Shown here one piece after another: positions 1 to 8,727 of a stretch of DNA of 38,657 nucleotides. Under the pieces are notes generated by a model. The model was not told where the DNA came from. It made no database searches and worked only from the letters and a program-made list of their open reading frames with translations. The stretch is from a virus (Duplodnaviria > Caudoviricetes), in IMG/VR virus record IMGVR_UViG_3300017544_000005, positions 1-38,657 of that record; one strand, given 5' to 3'. The stretch's first letter is position 1, and the number at the start of each line of letters is the position of its first letter. Position numbers and translations under genes: made by a program.

Positions 1-635
1 ATTTCACGGGCAGCCACAAGGCTGTCGAGGAAATTGCGGTAATAGCCAGCGATTAGGCTGGCCTTGTCGCTGCCGTTGACGATAGCGCGGGCGCCCACTG
101 GGTTAGCGTTACCGGCGCCGAAAAAGTCAGCCAGCCTCTTGCCAGTGAACTTACCGTTGATCATCCCGTCGAACAGGATGCGGACAGCCGTGGCCATCTC
201 CAGCGCGGCGTCGGGGTTATCGCCAAGGCCGTACTTCTTATAGTTGTCTTTGCCGGTGATCTGCGCCAAGGCGCGGCCACGATATATCCAGCCGTCGTTG
301 GCGCCGGTATTGCCCATGCGCCCGCCATAGACCTTGTTTGCCAGGGCCTGCGGATTGCGCACATAAGGCTGGGCGGCAGCCACCGTGCTAAACCGCGACG
401 GCCAGACCTGCCTGATACGCGCCGCACTGGTATAATTCAGATTCTCTGCAACCGGCTGCATCTTGCCGCCGGTTTCGTGGAATGCCGTCGCGAGCACATA
501 AGCGGTCTGCTCGTCAGGCAGGCCTCGGCGCTCAGCTTCAGCCAAAACAGCCGACGTGCCGTCGACCTGCGCCTGCGAAAGACGACCGCCAAAAGGCGCG
601 CGCCTCGCATACGCGAAGAACGTTGTCTTGTTCAT
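1..635 (-). CDS. Endolysin, glycoside hydrolase family 19 (chitinase/lysozyme-like); 3' end runs off the window
   Basis: Not in the ORF track because it has no stop in the window. Manual translation from ATG 635 gives MNKTTFFAYARRAPFGGRLSQAQVDG...AYVLATAFHETGGKMQPVAENLNYT...NDGWIYRGRALAQITGKDNY. HET, ENLNY and YRGR..QITG..NY are GH19 phage lysin motifs. It lies downstream of the tail fibre genes. Confidence 0.88.
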   Translation of the reverse strand, partial: MNKTTFFAYARRAPFGGRLSQAQVDGTSAVLAEAERRGLPDEQTAYVLATAFHETGGKMQPVAENLNYTSAARIRQVWPSRFSTVAAAQPYVRNPQALANKVYGGRMGNTGANDGWIYRGRALAQITGKDNYKKYGLGDNPDAALEMATAVRILFDGMINGKFTGKRLADFFGAGNANPVGARAIVNGSDKASLIAGYYRNFLDSLVAARE

Positions 636-647
636 GTGGATGTCCTG

Positions 648-675
648 AAAAGAAAAAGCCGCCTCAGTGGGCGGC
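648..675 (-). terminator. Intrinsic terminator-like hairpin just upstream of the endolysin RBS
   Basis: Minus strand reads GCCGCC-cactga-GGCGGC followed by TTTTTCTTTT. Confidence 0.6.
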
Positions 676-684
676 GACTGTCAG

Positions 685-713
685 TTGCAGATTTTTGTTT
701 CTCGTCTTAGTCT
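685..713 (+). promoter_or_regulatory. Putative sigma70 promoter of the porin moron
   Basis: TTGCAG (685-690), 17 nt spacer, TAGTCT (708-713); GGGGAG RBS before ATG 741. Confidence 0.5.
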
Positions 714-740
714 CCGGCTCACAGGCTTGGGGAGACTGAA

Positions 741-1382
741 ATGAAGAGATTTCTTATCGGGGCGCTACTCGCTGGCGCGTGGGCAAATACGGCTGCCGCA
801 GAAGATTACGACTGGTCAGGCATCTACGGCGGTGTGAGTATCGGGGTTAGATGGTCGGACCGTGATTTTAGCGGACCCTTTGACGTCGACTACTGGAGCA
901 CGTCAGGCAATGGCGTGACTGGCGGCGCTTTCGTTGGGTACAATTTCTCTTACGGAAACTTGGTCTTGGGACCGGAAATCTCTGCCCTATTCACTAACGC
1001 GGACGGAGAAAGCAAGGAGCGCCGCTTTGGATTTGATGGGACGGCCAATTCGACCTTGAGAACGAAGGCAACCGCGTCGGTGAATGCCAGGGTTGGCTAT
1101 TCATTTGGTCGAATATTGCCATATGTAACCGCTGGGTATTCACGTGGATGGTTTGCGACTGACAGTTACACTAAAGCTTATCGCTTTGACGAAGTAGTTC
1201 ATTACCCATTTGAGCGGAACGGTTGGAATGTCGGTGTAGGAACGGATTGGGCTATCCTCGAACATGTGTTTGCTCGCGCCGAATATCGCTTCATCGATTT
1301 TGGCAAAGAAGACATCGGACATGGCTGGGAAGCCAAGTATCGACAACACGCTGCAACGTTAGGAATTGGCTACAAGTTCTGA
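741..1382 (+). CDS. Outer-membrane beta-barrel protein, Omp25/Omp31/RopB-like (moron)
   Basis: Signal peptide (MKRFLIGALLAGAWANTAAA), DWSGIYGG, GGAFVGYN, ARVGYSFGRILPYVTAG, GWNVGVGTDWA, RAEYRFIDFG and a C-terminal GIGYKF BAM signal. It is on the opposite strand to the phage genes. Confidence 0.9.
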   Translation: MKRFLIGALLAGAWANTAAAEDYDWSGIYGGVSIGVRWSDRDFSGPFDVDYWSTSGNGVTGGAFVGYNFSYGNLVLGPEISALFTNADGESKERRFGFDGTANSTLRTKATASVNARVGYSFGRILPYVTAGYSRGWFATDSYTKAYRFDEVVHYPFERNGWNVGVGTDWAILEHVFARAEYRFIDFGKEDIGHGWEAKYRQHAATLGIGYKF

Positions 1383-1811
1383 CGGGTTAGCCAGCAACTC
1401 AGCCGCTCGCGCCTCGCCAAAGAGATCAGTCGCCATTTGCACCAGTAACGGCCAAAGCTCGTGATCTGATCGGAAGGTATTTGCGGTCAGGAAGATTTGC
1501 CGGGTGCGAAAAGGCTGGGTTGCCATCGCCGCGTTGACCTGTTCGGCTTCGTTATCAGTCATGCGCTCCCAGAGCGTCACCGCTGGAATGACCGTGATTA
1601 TCGGGGCTGGTTCAGGTGCTGGCGGAATGTATTCGACCACCGTGCCGTTTTGCCATTTGCGAGCGCCCGAATTCTCGATGAACTCGCACCATTGGTCCTC
1701 CGTTATCTCAATGGCTGTCTCTGGATATCCGGAAGGCCATACATCGGAAGGGTAAAAGCCGACTGGGAAGCCGTTATCATCAAAAACGGCGCGATATACT
1801 TTCCGATCCAT
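1359..1811 (-). CDS. Tail fibre assembly/chaperone-like protein
   Basis: Directly follows the tail fibre gene. Start revised to MDRKVY (ATG 1811). GFYP...P..AIEITEDQW is typical of Tfa-like proteins. Confidence 0.6.
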   Translation of the reverse strand: MDRKVYRAVFDDNGFPVGFYPSDVWPSGYPETAIEITEDQWCEFIENSGARKWQNGTVVEYIPPAPEPAPIITVIPAVTLWERMTDNEAEQVNAAMATQPFRTRQIFLTANTFRSDHELWPLLVQMATDLFGEARAAELLANPSELVANS

Positions 1812-1812
1812 A

Positions 1813-2835
1813 TCAATAACCCTCTGCCCACCACTTAAAAGATTGTGATGCAATCCCCATAGCACCGTTAGCATTGTATCGGGGACGCCAAGTAATTCCA
1901 TTTGTGGCGACAGTGGAAGCTTGAACGGATATCATTTCTGTTGCTGTGCTGGCGGCGTTTGTAAAGTTCGCTCCGTGGCTAAGCACAGCGTTCGGCATCG
2001 TCGTTGCAAAAGGAGTGGTTGTATCTGACTGAGCCGCAGAAATCCCCCAAACCCGAATTGTGCCATCTGGTCGTTTTAAGTAGCCAGAGTTCGCGTTCCC
2101 GCTGAAAACACCACCCATTGCAGTCCACATCGCCGCACCTGTGGAAGAAGCGATAACGCTACGGGCGAGTGCCGTGAGTGCCGTCAGTCCGGCTCCGTTC
2201 GCTCCAGTCAGATAAGGCAAATGGTCAGCAGCTGCCGTTCCCGAAAGATTGAGCAACGCGATTGCTGCTGCACCTAGATCACTTAGAACGATATCCCCGT
2301 TTCCATCAGTCCGCAGAAACTTGCTTGCCGCCAGTGCGACTTGCTTCAGAGCGCCATTTTCATCGGTCTGCAAGATTTGCCGCGCCGCCAGCGTCAGCGC
2401 CGCCAGTTTTCCGAGACTGCCGTTCGGGTCCTGAATGCCGAAAGTAGCCGGATCGGCCAAATCCATCGTGCCGACGCCGGTGAATATCGGAACCATACCA
2501 GCAGCGCCGACAAGGGCTGCGAAGGCTTCAATGTTCCCGCTGGACAACAGGTCGATCATATTGCGGACCGCGCCCTGATACCGGCTACCGTCTGGCTGGA
2601 ACCGGATACGGAGAGGCAAGCCGGTTCCTGCCGCCGCTGGCGGGCATGGTAGAAACAGGGTGCCGCTATTCTGCCCAGTGATGGACGCGATAATCAGAAT
2701 GTTGCCGGACGGCGTGATAATGGCATCACCAGCCTCTACGGCTGCCGTCTGGAGCGCTGAGCCGGTCGTGGTGAAGTCCGCACTGCCAGAGCTCAGTGTT
2801 ACCGTGCCGATGTCATAATCAGGACGAATTGCCAT
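1813..2835 (-). CDS. Tail fibre / receptor-binding protein
   Basis: Gly/Ala/Thr-rich. N-terminal GTVTLSSGS..FTTTG, repeated LAALT/LTALT segments, C-terminal SGYLKRPDGTIRVWG fibre tip motif. Last gene pair of the tail operon. Confidence 0.8.
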   Translation of the reverse strand: MAIRPDYDIGTVTLSSGSADFTTTGSALQTAAVEAGDAIITPSGNILIIASITGQNSGTLFLPCPPAAAGTGLPLRIRFQPDGSRYQGAVRNMIDLLSSGNIEAFAALVGAAGMVPIFTGVGTMDLADPATFGIQDPNGSLGKLAALTLAARQILQTDENGALKQVALAASKFLRTDGNGDIVLSDLGAAAIALLNLSGTAAADHLPYLTGANGAGLTALTALARSVIASSTGAAMWTAMGGVFSGNANSGYLKRPDGTIRVWGISAAQSDTTTPFATTMPNAVLSHGANFTNAASTATEMISVQASTVATNGITWRPRYNANGAMGIASQSFKWWAEGY

Positions 2836-3095
2836 TATTCGGGGTCCTTCAAACTGCTCGCCATTTCATAGGCCGCTTCAAGGTCTTTGTTGCGCCGCTC
2901 TAGCTCGGTGCGGAAAGCTTCGTTCTGGGCTTCGAGAATGGCCATCTGAGCGCGCATCCCGGCGATCTCATTCGCGAGAAGCAGACAGCGATTTTTGTAA
3001 TAATCATTCAACGCCATAGCCTCGCTTGCCGCTGCCATCGGATCGATTTGCACGTGCGTAGGCTTCGCCGGTTCATTCACCGTCGTATCGGTCAT
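2835..3095 (-). CDS. Hypothetical coiled-coil protein in the tail operon
   Basis: 86 aa ORF with AAGGA RBS; TAATG coupling to the fibre gene. Confidence 0.7.
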   Translation of the reverse strand: MTDTTVNEPAKPTHVQIDPMAAASEAMALNDYYKNRCLLLANEIAGMRAQMAILEAQNEAFRTELERRNKDLEAAYEMASSLKDPE

Positions 3096-3114
3096 GTCGG
3101 ATTTTCCTTGGATG

Positions 3115-3462
3115 TCAGGTGTTATCGATCAACGCTGCAAAGCGGATCGTGCGAGTTGGGCCGGATATGTTGCGGATACGGACGTAGTTGTATGGCGGGC
3201 TAGTTTCGGCGCAGAAGGTATCGCGGTGTGGATGCGCGCCGTCAGCAGCAGTCAGAAAGACATATGGAAGCTTCTGGCTTGGGTTGCTGATTGCATAATC
3301 CTGTGCGCCACCCGCCGCCAATGTGACCGAACCATCAAGAACCTGCGCCATGACGCCCATATTCGGGAACATGCCGAGATATTGCGGGTTAGCCGTATCA
3401 ACGTCATAGCCCGGCTGTGAGACATAGACGCCAGCTGTTGAAAACCTTATCCGTGTCGTCAT
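3115..3462 (-). CDS. Small tail-tip accessory protein (S.PGYD family, copy 3)
   Basis: Coupled ORF (ATGA overlap); VSQPGYDV motif shared with its two neighbours. Confidence 0.7.
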   Translation of the reverse strand: MTTRIRFSTAGVYVSQPGYDVDTANPQYLGMFPNMGVMAQVLDGSVTLAAGGAQDYAISNPSQKLPYVFLTAADGAHPHRDTFCAETSPPYNYVRIRNISGPTRTIRFAALIDNT

Positions 3463-3896
3463 GTCGATGTCTTGTTGAGAGGGTTCTTGAAAATCAAAGC
3501 CCGAAACCGATAGTCGTAATCAGCAGAGGTCCCGCCGCTGCACGAAACCCATATCCCCGACGATGCGACACAAATCTGGAAGAAGTTGTTCATTTCAGTC
3601 GTCGCCGGGTTGTTGTCATTAGGATAAAAGACGCGGCCCAAACTGGTTGGAGTGATCGATGTGAACACATAAGGAACGTAGCCAAGGTTAGGGAAATGAT
3701 ATTCGCCCTGATAATACCGAAGTCCGCCATTGCTCCATTTGGTCAGTGTTAGATCAGCGATGGCATGCAATTTCAGATAATCGTTCCGACTGTCGAAAAC
3801 GCCCGGCTGTGTGCGGTCAGATGCATCATAGCCCGGTGGCGAGATGCGAAAGAGCATTTGGCCGCCGTTATCGCCAATGATCATGCGTGTGGTCAT
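3459..3896 (-). CDS. Small tail-tip accessory protein (copy 2)
   Basis: ISPPGYDA...FDS...VPYVF; ATGA overlaps at both ends. Confidence 0.7.
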   Translation of the reverse strand: MTTRMIIGDNGGQMLFRISPPGYDASDRTQPGVFDSRNDYLKLHAIADLTLTKWSNGGLRYYQGEYHFPNLGYVPYVFTSITPTSLGRVFYPNDNNPATTEMNNFFQICVASSGIWVSCSGGTSADYDYRFRALIFKNPLNKTST

Positions 3897-4348
3897 GCTT
3901 CAAACACCAGAATAGACACCCGAAGGGTGGGTGATGTTGTCCAGAACGTATTGTTCAGCGCTACGCGGTTACTGTAGGCCACCGCAGTTGCGACAGAGCA
4001 GTTGACTGTTACGAACCCCTGCCAATACAGGCATACCGCATCAGACGGAGGTGGCGAGGTGAAACCAGGCTGCCCCGGATGCGCATAGTAGAAAAGCGAT
4101 GTGTTACCGTTCCAAATCGCATGATACTGAACCGTGAATTTCGGTATGAACGAAAGCGCGTACGGGTAATTCCAAGAGAAATTAGCCGATGCATCGCCGT
4201 AGTATCTAAACTTAATCCCGCCGCCGTTGAACCAGTTACTATCGAATGTCTTGTACTGGTCTGCGAGCGAAGGCGTGGCGTCATAGCCTGTCTTGCTGGT
4301 GATTAGCCGGGGACTTGTGCCCCCGACCAAATAGACCCGTTGCACCAT
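3893..4348 (-). CDS. Small tail-tip accessory protein (copy 1)
   Basis: TSKTGYDA...FDS; AAGGTGAG RBS directly after the J-like gene. Confidence 0.7.
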   Translation of the reverse strand: MVQRVYLVGGTSPRLITSKTGYDATPSLADQYKTFDSNWFNGGGIKFRYYGDASANFSWNYPYALSFIPKFTVQYHAIWNGNTSLFYYAHPGQPGFTSPPPSDAVCLYWQGFVTVNCSVATAVAYSNRVALNNTFWTTSPTLRVSILVFEA

Positions 4349-4357
4349 GTCTCACCT

Positions 4358-6994
4358 TTAATCGCTGAAAATCAGGGTCTGGGCTGCCAGATTGAACACG
4401 ACTTTGTTGTCAGGCGAACGAAGGATACCCGCTGTCACATCACCGATATTGGCGACCTGAAGGGCCAAGCCGCCGGATATGAACGTGAGCGGGGCCTGAC
4501 TGTTCGTACCGTTGGTGACGATGAACTGATCAGCATTGATGACGACACGGCTTTGACCGCCGGTCAGCGCATCCAGAAAGATCGCTGCCGATGACGTGGA
4601 ACCGCCGCCCGATGCCGAGACACTGAGGCCTATACGAGCAAGAGCGCCGCCCGGTGTTGCTTCTACAGTCGTTCGGAACAGACCGGATGCCGAGAAGTTC
4701 CCCACGGTTGCCGTTAGCCCGGTCACAGCGTTAGCCGTGGCGGTCAGAACGCCGTCCATGGTGGAAACTTGCACCTGCAATAGATCGACAGCGCCAGCGG
4801 TCGCTTCCAGCCCTGTTACCGGGTCATTGACGACAGCTTCCAGACTTTCAATCCGGGTTACAATTGCCGAACCGGGGCCGATGGCGACTTCAATAGCCTC
4901 GGTATAAGAAGCCTTGAGACCTTCCGCTGTGACAGACATTTCCCGGCGAAGCGTCTGCTTGTCGAAATAATTGGCGCTGTCCTGCTCGGTTGCCTGTGCT
5001 CCGATACGGTCAAGCTCTTCCTGAACATATCGGAAGCTCTCACCGATCCATTCCCAATTCCGCTGAATGTCTTGGTTCAGCTGGTCGATATCGATTGGGT
5101 AGATGTCGAGCGGGCCAAGCCGGATATCCAGCGTGGTAACTGGTATCCAGTCCGACCATTCGAACGGTCTATTACCGGAATAGGTGTTGTACCGCGCCCT
5201 GATCTGATAGCCGGTGTTCGGCAACAGTGTACCGGGAGCGATAAGCATCGACCCGACATCAACCCGTTCCGTTCTACCGACATAGATCACGCCAAGGTCG
5301 AAAGCCGTGCGGACTTCAAACATAACCTGATCAACATCAGGCTGATCACCATCCCACGAAAGCAGAATAGCGCAACGGCGGTTATTCCCGTTGCTGTCCA
5401 CCGCTACCGCTGCAACTGCCGCGAAATCGACAATGGGCTGTGGCGTCGGGCGGATCGTGCCAGTCGGCGCGAAGACCGGCGGCGTGTAATCGGTATCCGG
5501 GTCCCAATCGTAATCGGATGGATCGACCTCAGTCAGATCGACAACAACGTCAAGATTGGCTTTGTCCGTCACGCCATCAACGCGCATCAGCTTGTTGACG
5601 TAGCCGTTACGCTCCGAAGTCCACGAAATCACATCGCCCGGTTCCAGCGTCCAATATGACGGCGGCAGAACGAACGTGTGACGACGGGCACGGCGAGCCT
5701 CATTCAAGGCTGCTTTCATCAGGCGTTGGACTTGACCAGACTGATAGACATAATCCATCGGCACATCGGTCAGCAGGCGTCTATTGCCGTCCTCGACCTC
5801 ATATGTGGCGTTATGGAGAGGCGGCGCTGCCTTGGTATTCCAGCCTTCATTCGGCTCTGGATAGGTCGCCGTGATCCCATTGACCGTCTCAGACAGCCCG
5901 AAGAACGGCGTAAACGTCTGCTCCTCGGTCGAAAGAATTTCGTCATCGGTGAAGAACGCCACCGGCGCATCAGGCTCTCCGACACGGATTTTGTAGATAC
6001 CTGCACTCTCGATCAGACGTGCATTGCCGCCCGTCAGGAGCTTATCGGTGGCATCGCCAATCGTCGTATCAACAGTGATTTCACCGCCGGTTACGAATTG
6101 CGGCTCTAAACCGTCAGGGCCTTGCACCTGCAAGCGGCACTTATTGACTTGCGCAATCCAGTCAGCGGCGGGCAAACGCGCACTGGTGACCGTCTGGAGG
6201 CCGTACAGCCACGTTCCTTGCTCAATGATCCCGCGAAGAACGTTGTAGACCTGAACTGCAAGCAGATCGTCGCCATCACCGCCCCATGTTGACGGGGTGC
6301 TCCAGCGCTGCGTACCGGAACCGCCTGCCGTGCTGTCCTTCGAGATGTCATAGAGCTTGCGGCCCTGTATCTCGAATTTGAACTGCGGGAACCCGGTGAA
6401 CAGTTCCTCATCGATCTGGGCCGTGACGATGGCATAGGCCACGCCTTTGCCGATGCGCTTGTTGCTGTATGGATATCTAGAGTTCGAAACCGTGTTAACG
6501 AGAAACGGATCAGCTACAGTCTGGGTGCCGTCGTACCACTTGATCCACAGGTGATTGTCGTCGCCGCCTGTCTTGTATTCTGTAACCGGAAAGCCCCAAT
6601 CGCCATAGGATGTATCGCTCGTGTCGATTGTGACGGGTTCGCCGTTCACCCACAATCCTGTCAGTTCGCGAATGGGATGGTCGGCAAGCGCGATTACCTG
6701 GGTGAAATAGGCGTTCGGCGTCTTGCCAGACTTACCCCACGTGTTCGCATAGACCAGTGAGCCAGCCGTGCAGGTTCGCCCAAACACGACAGAACGCGAG
6801 ACATCACCGCCCGCCTGTAGCTTGCCCTTTACGCCGCCTGCTTCCGGTGTCTTCTCGCCAGACAAAGCACGGGCCGCCAGTGAAAGGCCAACGCCAACAG
6901 CGATGCGCAACAGCGCGCCACCAAGTGCACCTGACAAAAAGGTAGACGAAAGCAGCCCGCCCACGATTGTGGACAAGCCAGTAAAAACAGCCAT
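4358..6994 (-). CDS. Tail tip / host-specificity protein (lambda gpJ-like central fibre)
   Basis: 878 aa. VFGRTCTAGSLVY, GVAYAIV, FEIQGRKLYD, LEPGDVI, an FN3-like region, a coiled coil and C-terminal INADQFIV are typical of J-like proteins. Confidence 0.85.
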   Translation of the reverse strand: MAVFTGLSTIVGGLLSSTFLSGALGGALLRIAVGVGLSLAARALSGEKTPEAGGVKGKLQAGGDVSRSVVFGRTCTAGSLVYANTWGKSGKTPNAYFTQVIALADHPIRELTGLWVNGEPVTIDTSDTSYGDWGFPVTEYKTGGDDNHLWIKWYDGTQTVADPFLVNTVSNSRYPYSNKRIGKGVAYAIVTAQIDEELFTGFPQFKFEIQGRKLYDISKDSTAGGSGTQRWSTPSTWGGDGDDLLAVQVYNVLRGIIEQGTWLYGLQTVTSARLPAADWIAQVNKCRLQVQGPDGLEPQFVTGGEITVDTTIGDATDKLLTGGNARLIESAGIYKIRVGEPDAPVAFFTDDEILSTEEQTFTPFFGLSETVNGITATYPEPNEGWNTKAAPPLHNATYEVEDGNRRLLTDVPMDYVYQSGQVQRLMKAALNEARRARRHTFVLPPSYWTLEPGDVISWTSERNGYVNKLMRVDGVTDKANLDVVVDLTEVDPSDYDWDPDTDYTPPVFAPTGTIRPTPQPIVDFAAVAAVAVDSNGNNRRCAILLSWDGDQPDVDQVMFEVRTAFDLGVIYVGRTERVDVGSMLIAPGTLLPNTGYQIRARYNTYSGNRPFEWSDWIPVTTLDIRLGPLDIYPIDIDQLNQDIQRNWEWIGESFRYVQEELDRIGAQATEQDSANYFDKQTLRREMSVTAEGLKASYTEAIEVAIGPGSAIVTRIESLEAVVNDPVTGLEATAGAVDLLQVQVSTMDGVLTATANAVTGLTATVGNFSASGLFRTTVEATPGGALARIGLSVSASGGGSTSSAAIFLDALTGGQSRVVINADQFIVTNGTNSQAPLTFISGGLALQVANIGDVTAGILRSPDNKVVFNLAAQTLIFSD

Positions 6995-7013
6995 TGATGT
7001 CCTCGGAGAGCGG

Positions 7014-7448
7014 CTAGAGCCGTTTCAAAAAGTGTCGTTCCTGCGCCGTGAAGCCATGGCGCTCGTAAAGTCGGGTTGTTACCGGATCGCCGCCCAGACC
7101 AACCATATTGATCGCCTGACAGCCCTTGGACCGTGCCCAAGCCTCATATTCGGCAAGCATATTCACCGCACCCCGCCCGCGACAGGCAGGATCAACCCAC
7201 CAGACAAGCTCCTGAGCGCAAAGCTCTAGGCTGAAGAAATGCTGATGAATGGTTGCGGCAAATATCCCCCGCAGCCCGCCGTCCATTTCCAGAACAAGAG
7301 CGAGTGAGTTTTCATCCGCAAGAACCCGGTCAATCGTCTGACTAGCCAAGGCCGCACTGAATGCCAGACCGACGCCGCTTTCAGCATGGAACCGCTTCAC
7401 CATCGACAGGATAGTCAGCCGATCTGAAACGACGGCCCGCCGGATCAT
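7014..7448 (-). CDS. GNAT-family acetyltransferase within the tail-tip operon
   Basis: MIRRA...D start, acetyl-CoA motif A WWVDPACRGRGA, motif B RLYERHGF. Confidence 0.85.
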   Translation of the reverse strand: MIRRAVVSDRLTILSMVKRFHAESGVGLAFSAALASQTIDRVLADENSLALVLEMDGGLRGIFAATIHQHFFSLELCAQELVWWVDPACRGRGAVNMLAEYEAWARSKGCQAINMVGLGGDPVTTRLYERHGFTAQERHFLKRL

Positions 7449-8122
7449 TGGTTAGCTGCCCTGACATTGGCACCGATGCGCTGTGCCGCCGCTGTCGTTA
7501 CCTTGCCCGTCTTCTGGCCCCAGAAATGTTCTCGTTCGCCAATGGTCGATGCATCAACGAAGAAATCATCGTCTGGGTCGCGCTTCTTCTGGTCTTCATG
7601 TGAACGGGTGCTCGGATTGTACCGCGTAAACTCGTGGCTGTGGCTGGCACAGGTGAGCGTTACACTGCCCTCCTCGCCTTCCTTCGGTGTCTTGATTTCG
7701 ATCTCATCAACAAAGCCGATGAAGCGGTTGACGGCTGGCGAGACCAGTTGCCGGGTGAGTGGCGAGAACAAGCCACGGTAAACCTCAACCTGTCCTTGCT
7801 TCAGATCATACCCGCGAACAATGTTTTCCACCGCCGCGTCAATCTGGTTCATCACAACCGAAATCGTCTGAACCGTCAGATTAGCGACACCTGGAATGTC
7901 GCTGATCGAAATCAGTGTACCGGAGCCTTCGAAGTTTCGCGGCTCGGCAAGCCCTGTATTCGGGTTGAGCATCATAGCTTGCACATCGCCAACATCCGAC
8001 CAGAAGCCGTATGAAAACGATGCGCCGGTGGAACGATCACGCGCTACAAGCCAGAGAAAGTCCCTCGCCACCAACTGGCGAGCTTGCAGAGCCGCGTAGT
8101 TTTCAGGTGAAAGGTTTCTCAT
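7445..8122 (-). CDS. Tail hub / baseplate protein (gpL or DUF2163-like position)
   Basis: Sits between Dit and the tail tip; FIGFVDEI and RSHEDQKKRDPDDDFF motifs. Confidence 0.7.
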   Translation of the reverse strand: MRNLSPENYAALQARQLVARDFLWLVARDRSTGASFSYGFWSDVGDVQAMMLNPNTGLAEPRNFEGSGTLISISDIPGVANLTVQTISVVMNQIDAAVENIVRGYDLKQGQVEVYRGLFSPLTRQLVSPAVNRFIGFVDEIEIKTPKEGEEGSVTLTCASHSHEFTRYNPSTRSHEDQKKRDPDDDFFVDASTIGEREHFWGQKTGKVTTAAAQRIGANVRAANQ

Positions 8123-8727
8123 CGGCTTTCAAACCCCTGAAACGTGATCACCCCTCGCCCGGTGGACAATTCCGCCGTGGTGTTGATCGAACCCGGCACA
8201 ATCGTCATCAGGCAGGACGGCTTAACCAGTGTCACAGCATCCCCGACCGCTGAGACCGGCCAGAGGTGCGGCCTAACCTCAACCGAAGCGCCTGATGCAC
8301 TGACAATCTGATGAAGATTGTTGCCGCCGATCTGGATGTAATCGCCAACGCTGGCGACATACCCAACAGGCAGGCCAGACAGGCCAACCGTCTTCCGATC
8401 AGTAGCGATAGACCCGACCGTAACCGCCGATACGCTCCCCATTCCTGAGCCTTTCGGATAGGCAATGGGATAACAGCGGCTTGTCGGCCTGCCCCGGAAC
8501 TGTTGCAACCCTCCTTCCAGCGCCTTCAACCGTGCCCGCCAAGCGTCCAATTCATTCGGGCGCATTGATCGGGATTGATATGAGGCCGTCCAGAGAGGCG
8601 AACCGAAGTCCTTGACGAAGGTCTGACCGATGGAAGTTCGGCTTGTTTCCTGCCGGTAAGCAAGATCAAATTCGACGCTCCAACCCGGAAAATCGGCAAG
8701 GATGTCGTAGGGATACGTGATCGCCAC
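8119..8727 (-). CDS. Distal tail protein (Dit-like)
   Basis: Follows the TMP with a TAGTG overlap (GTG 8727); G.P.W.A and GDYIQIG motifs. Confidence 0.7.
   Translation of the reverse strand: MAITYPYDILADFPGWSVEFDLAYRQETSRTSIGQTFVKDFGSPLWTASYQSRSMRPNELDAWRARLKALEGGLQQFRGRPTSRCYPIAYPKGSGMGSVSAVTVGSIATDRKTVGLSGLPVGYVASVGDYIQIGGNNLHQIVSASGASVEVRPHLWPVSAVGDAVTLVKPSCLMTIVPGSINTTAELSTGRGVITFQGFESR

Noticed and set aside
1813-4348. Diversity-generating retroelement or invertible tail fibre cassette
   Set aside because: I saw no reverse transcriptase, invertase, TR/VR repeat pair or flanking inverted repeats.
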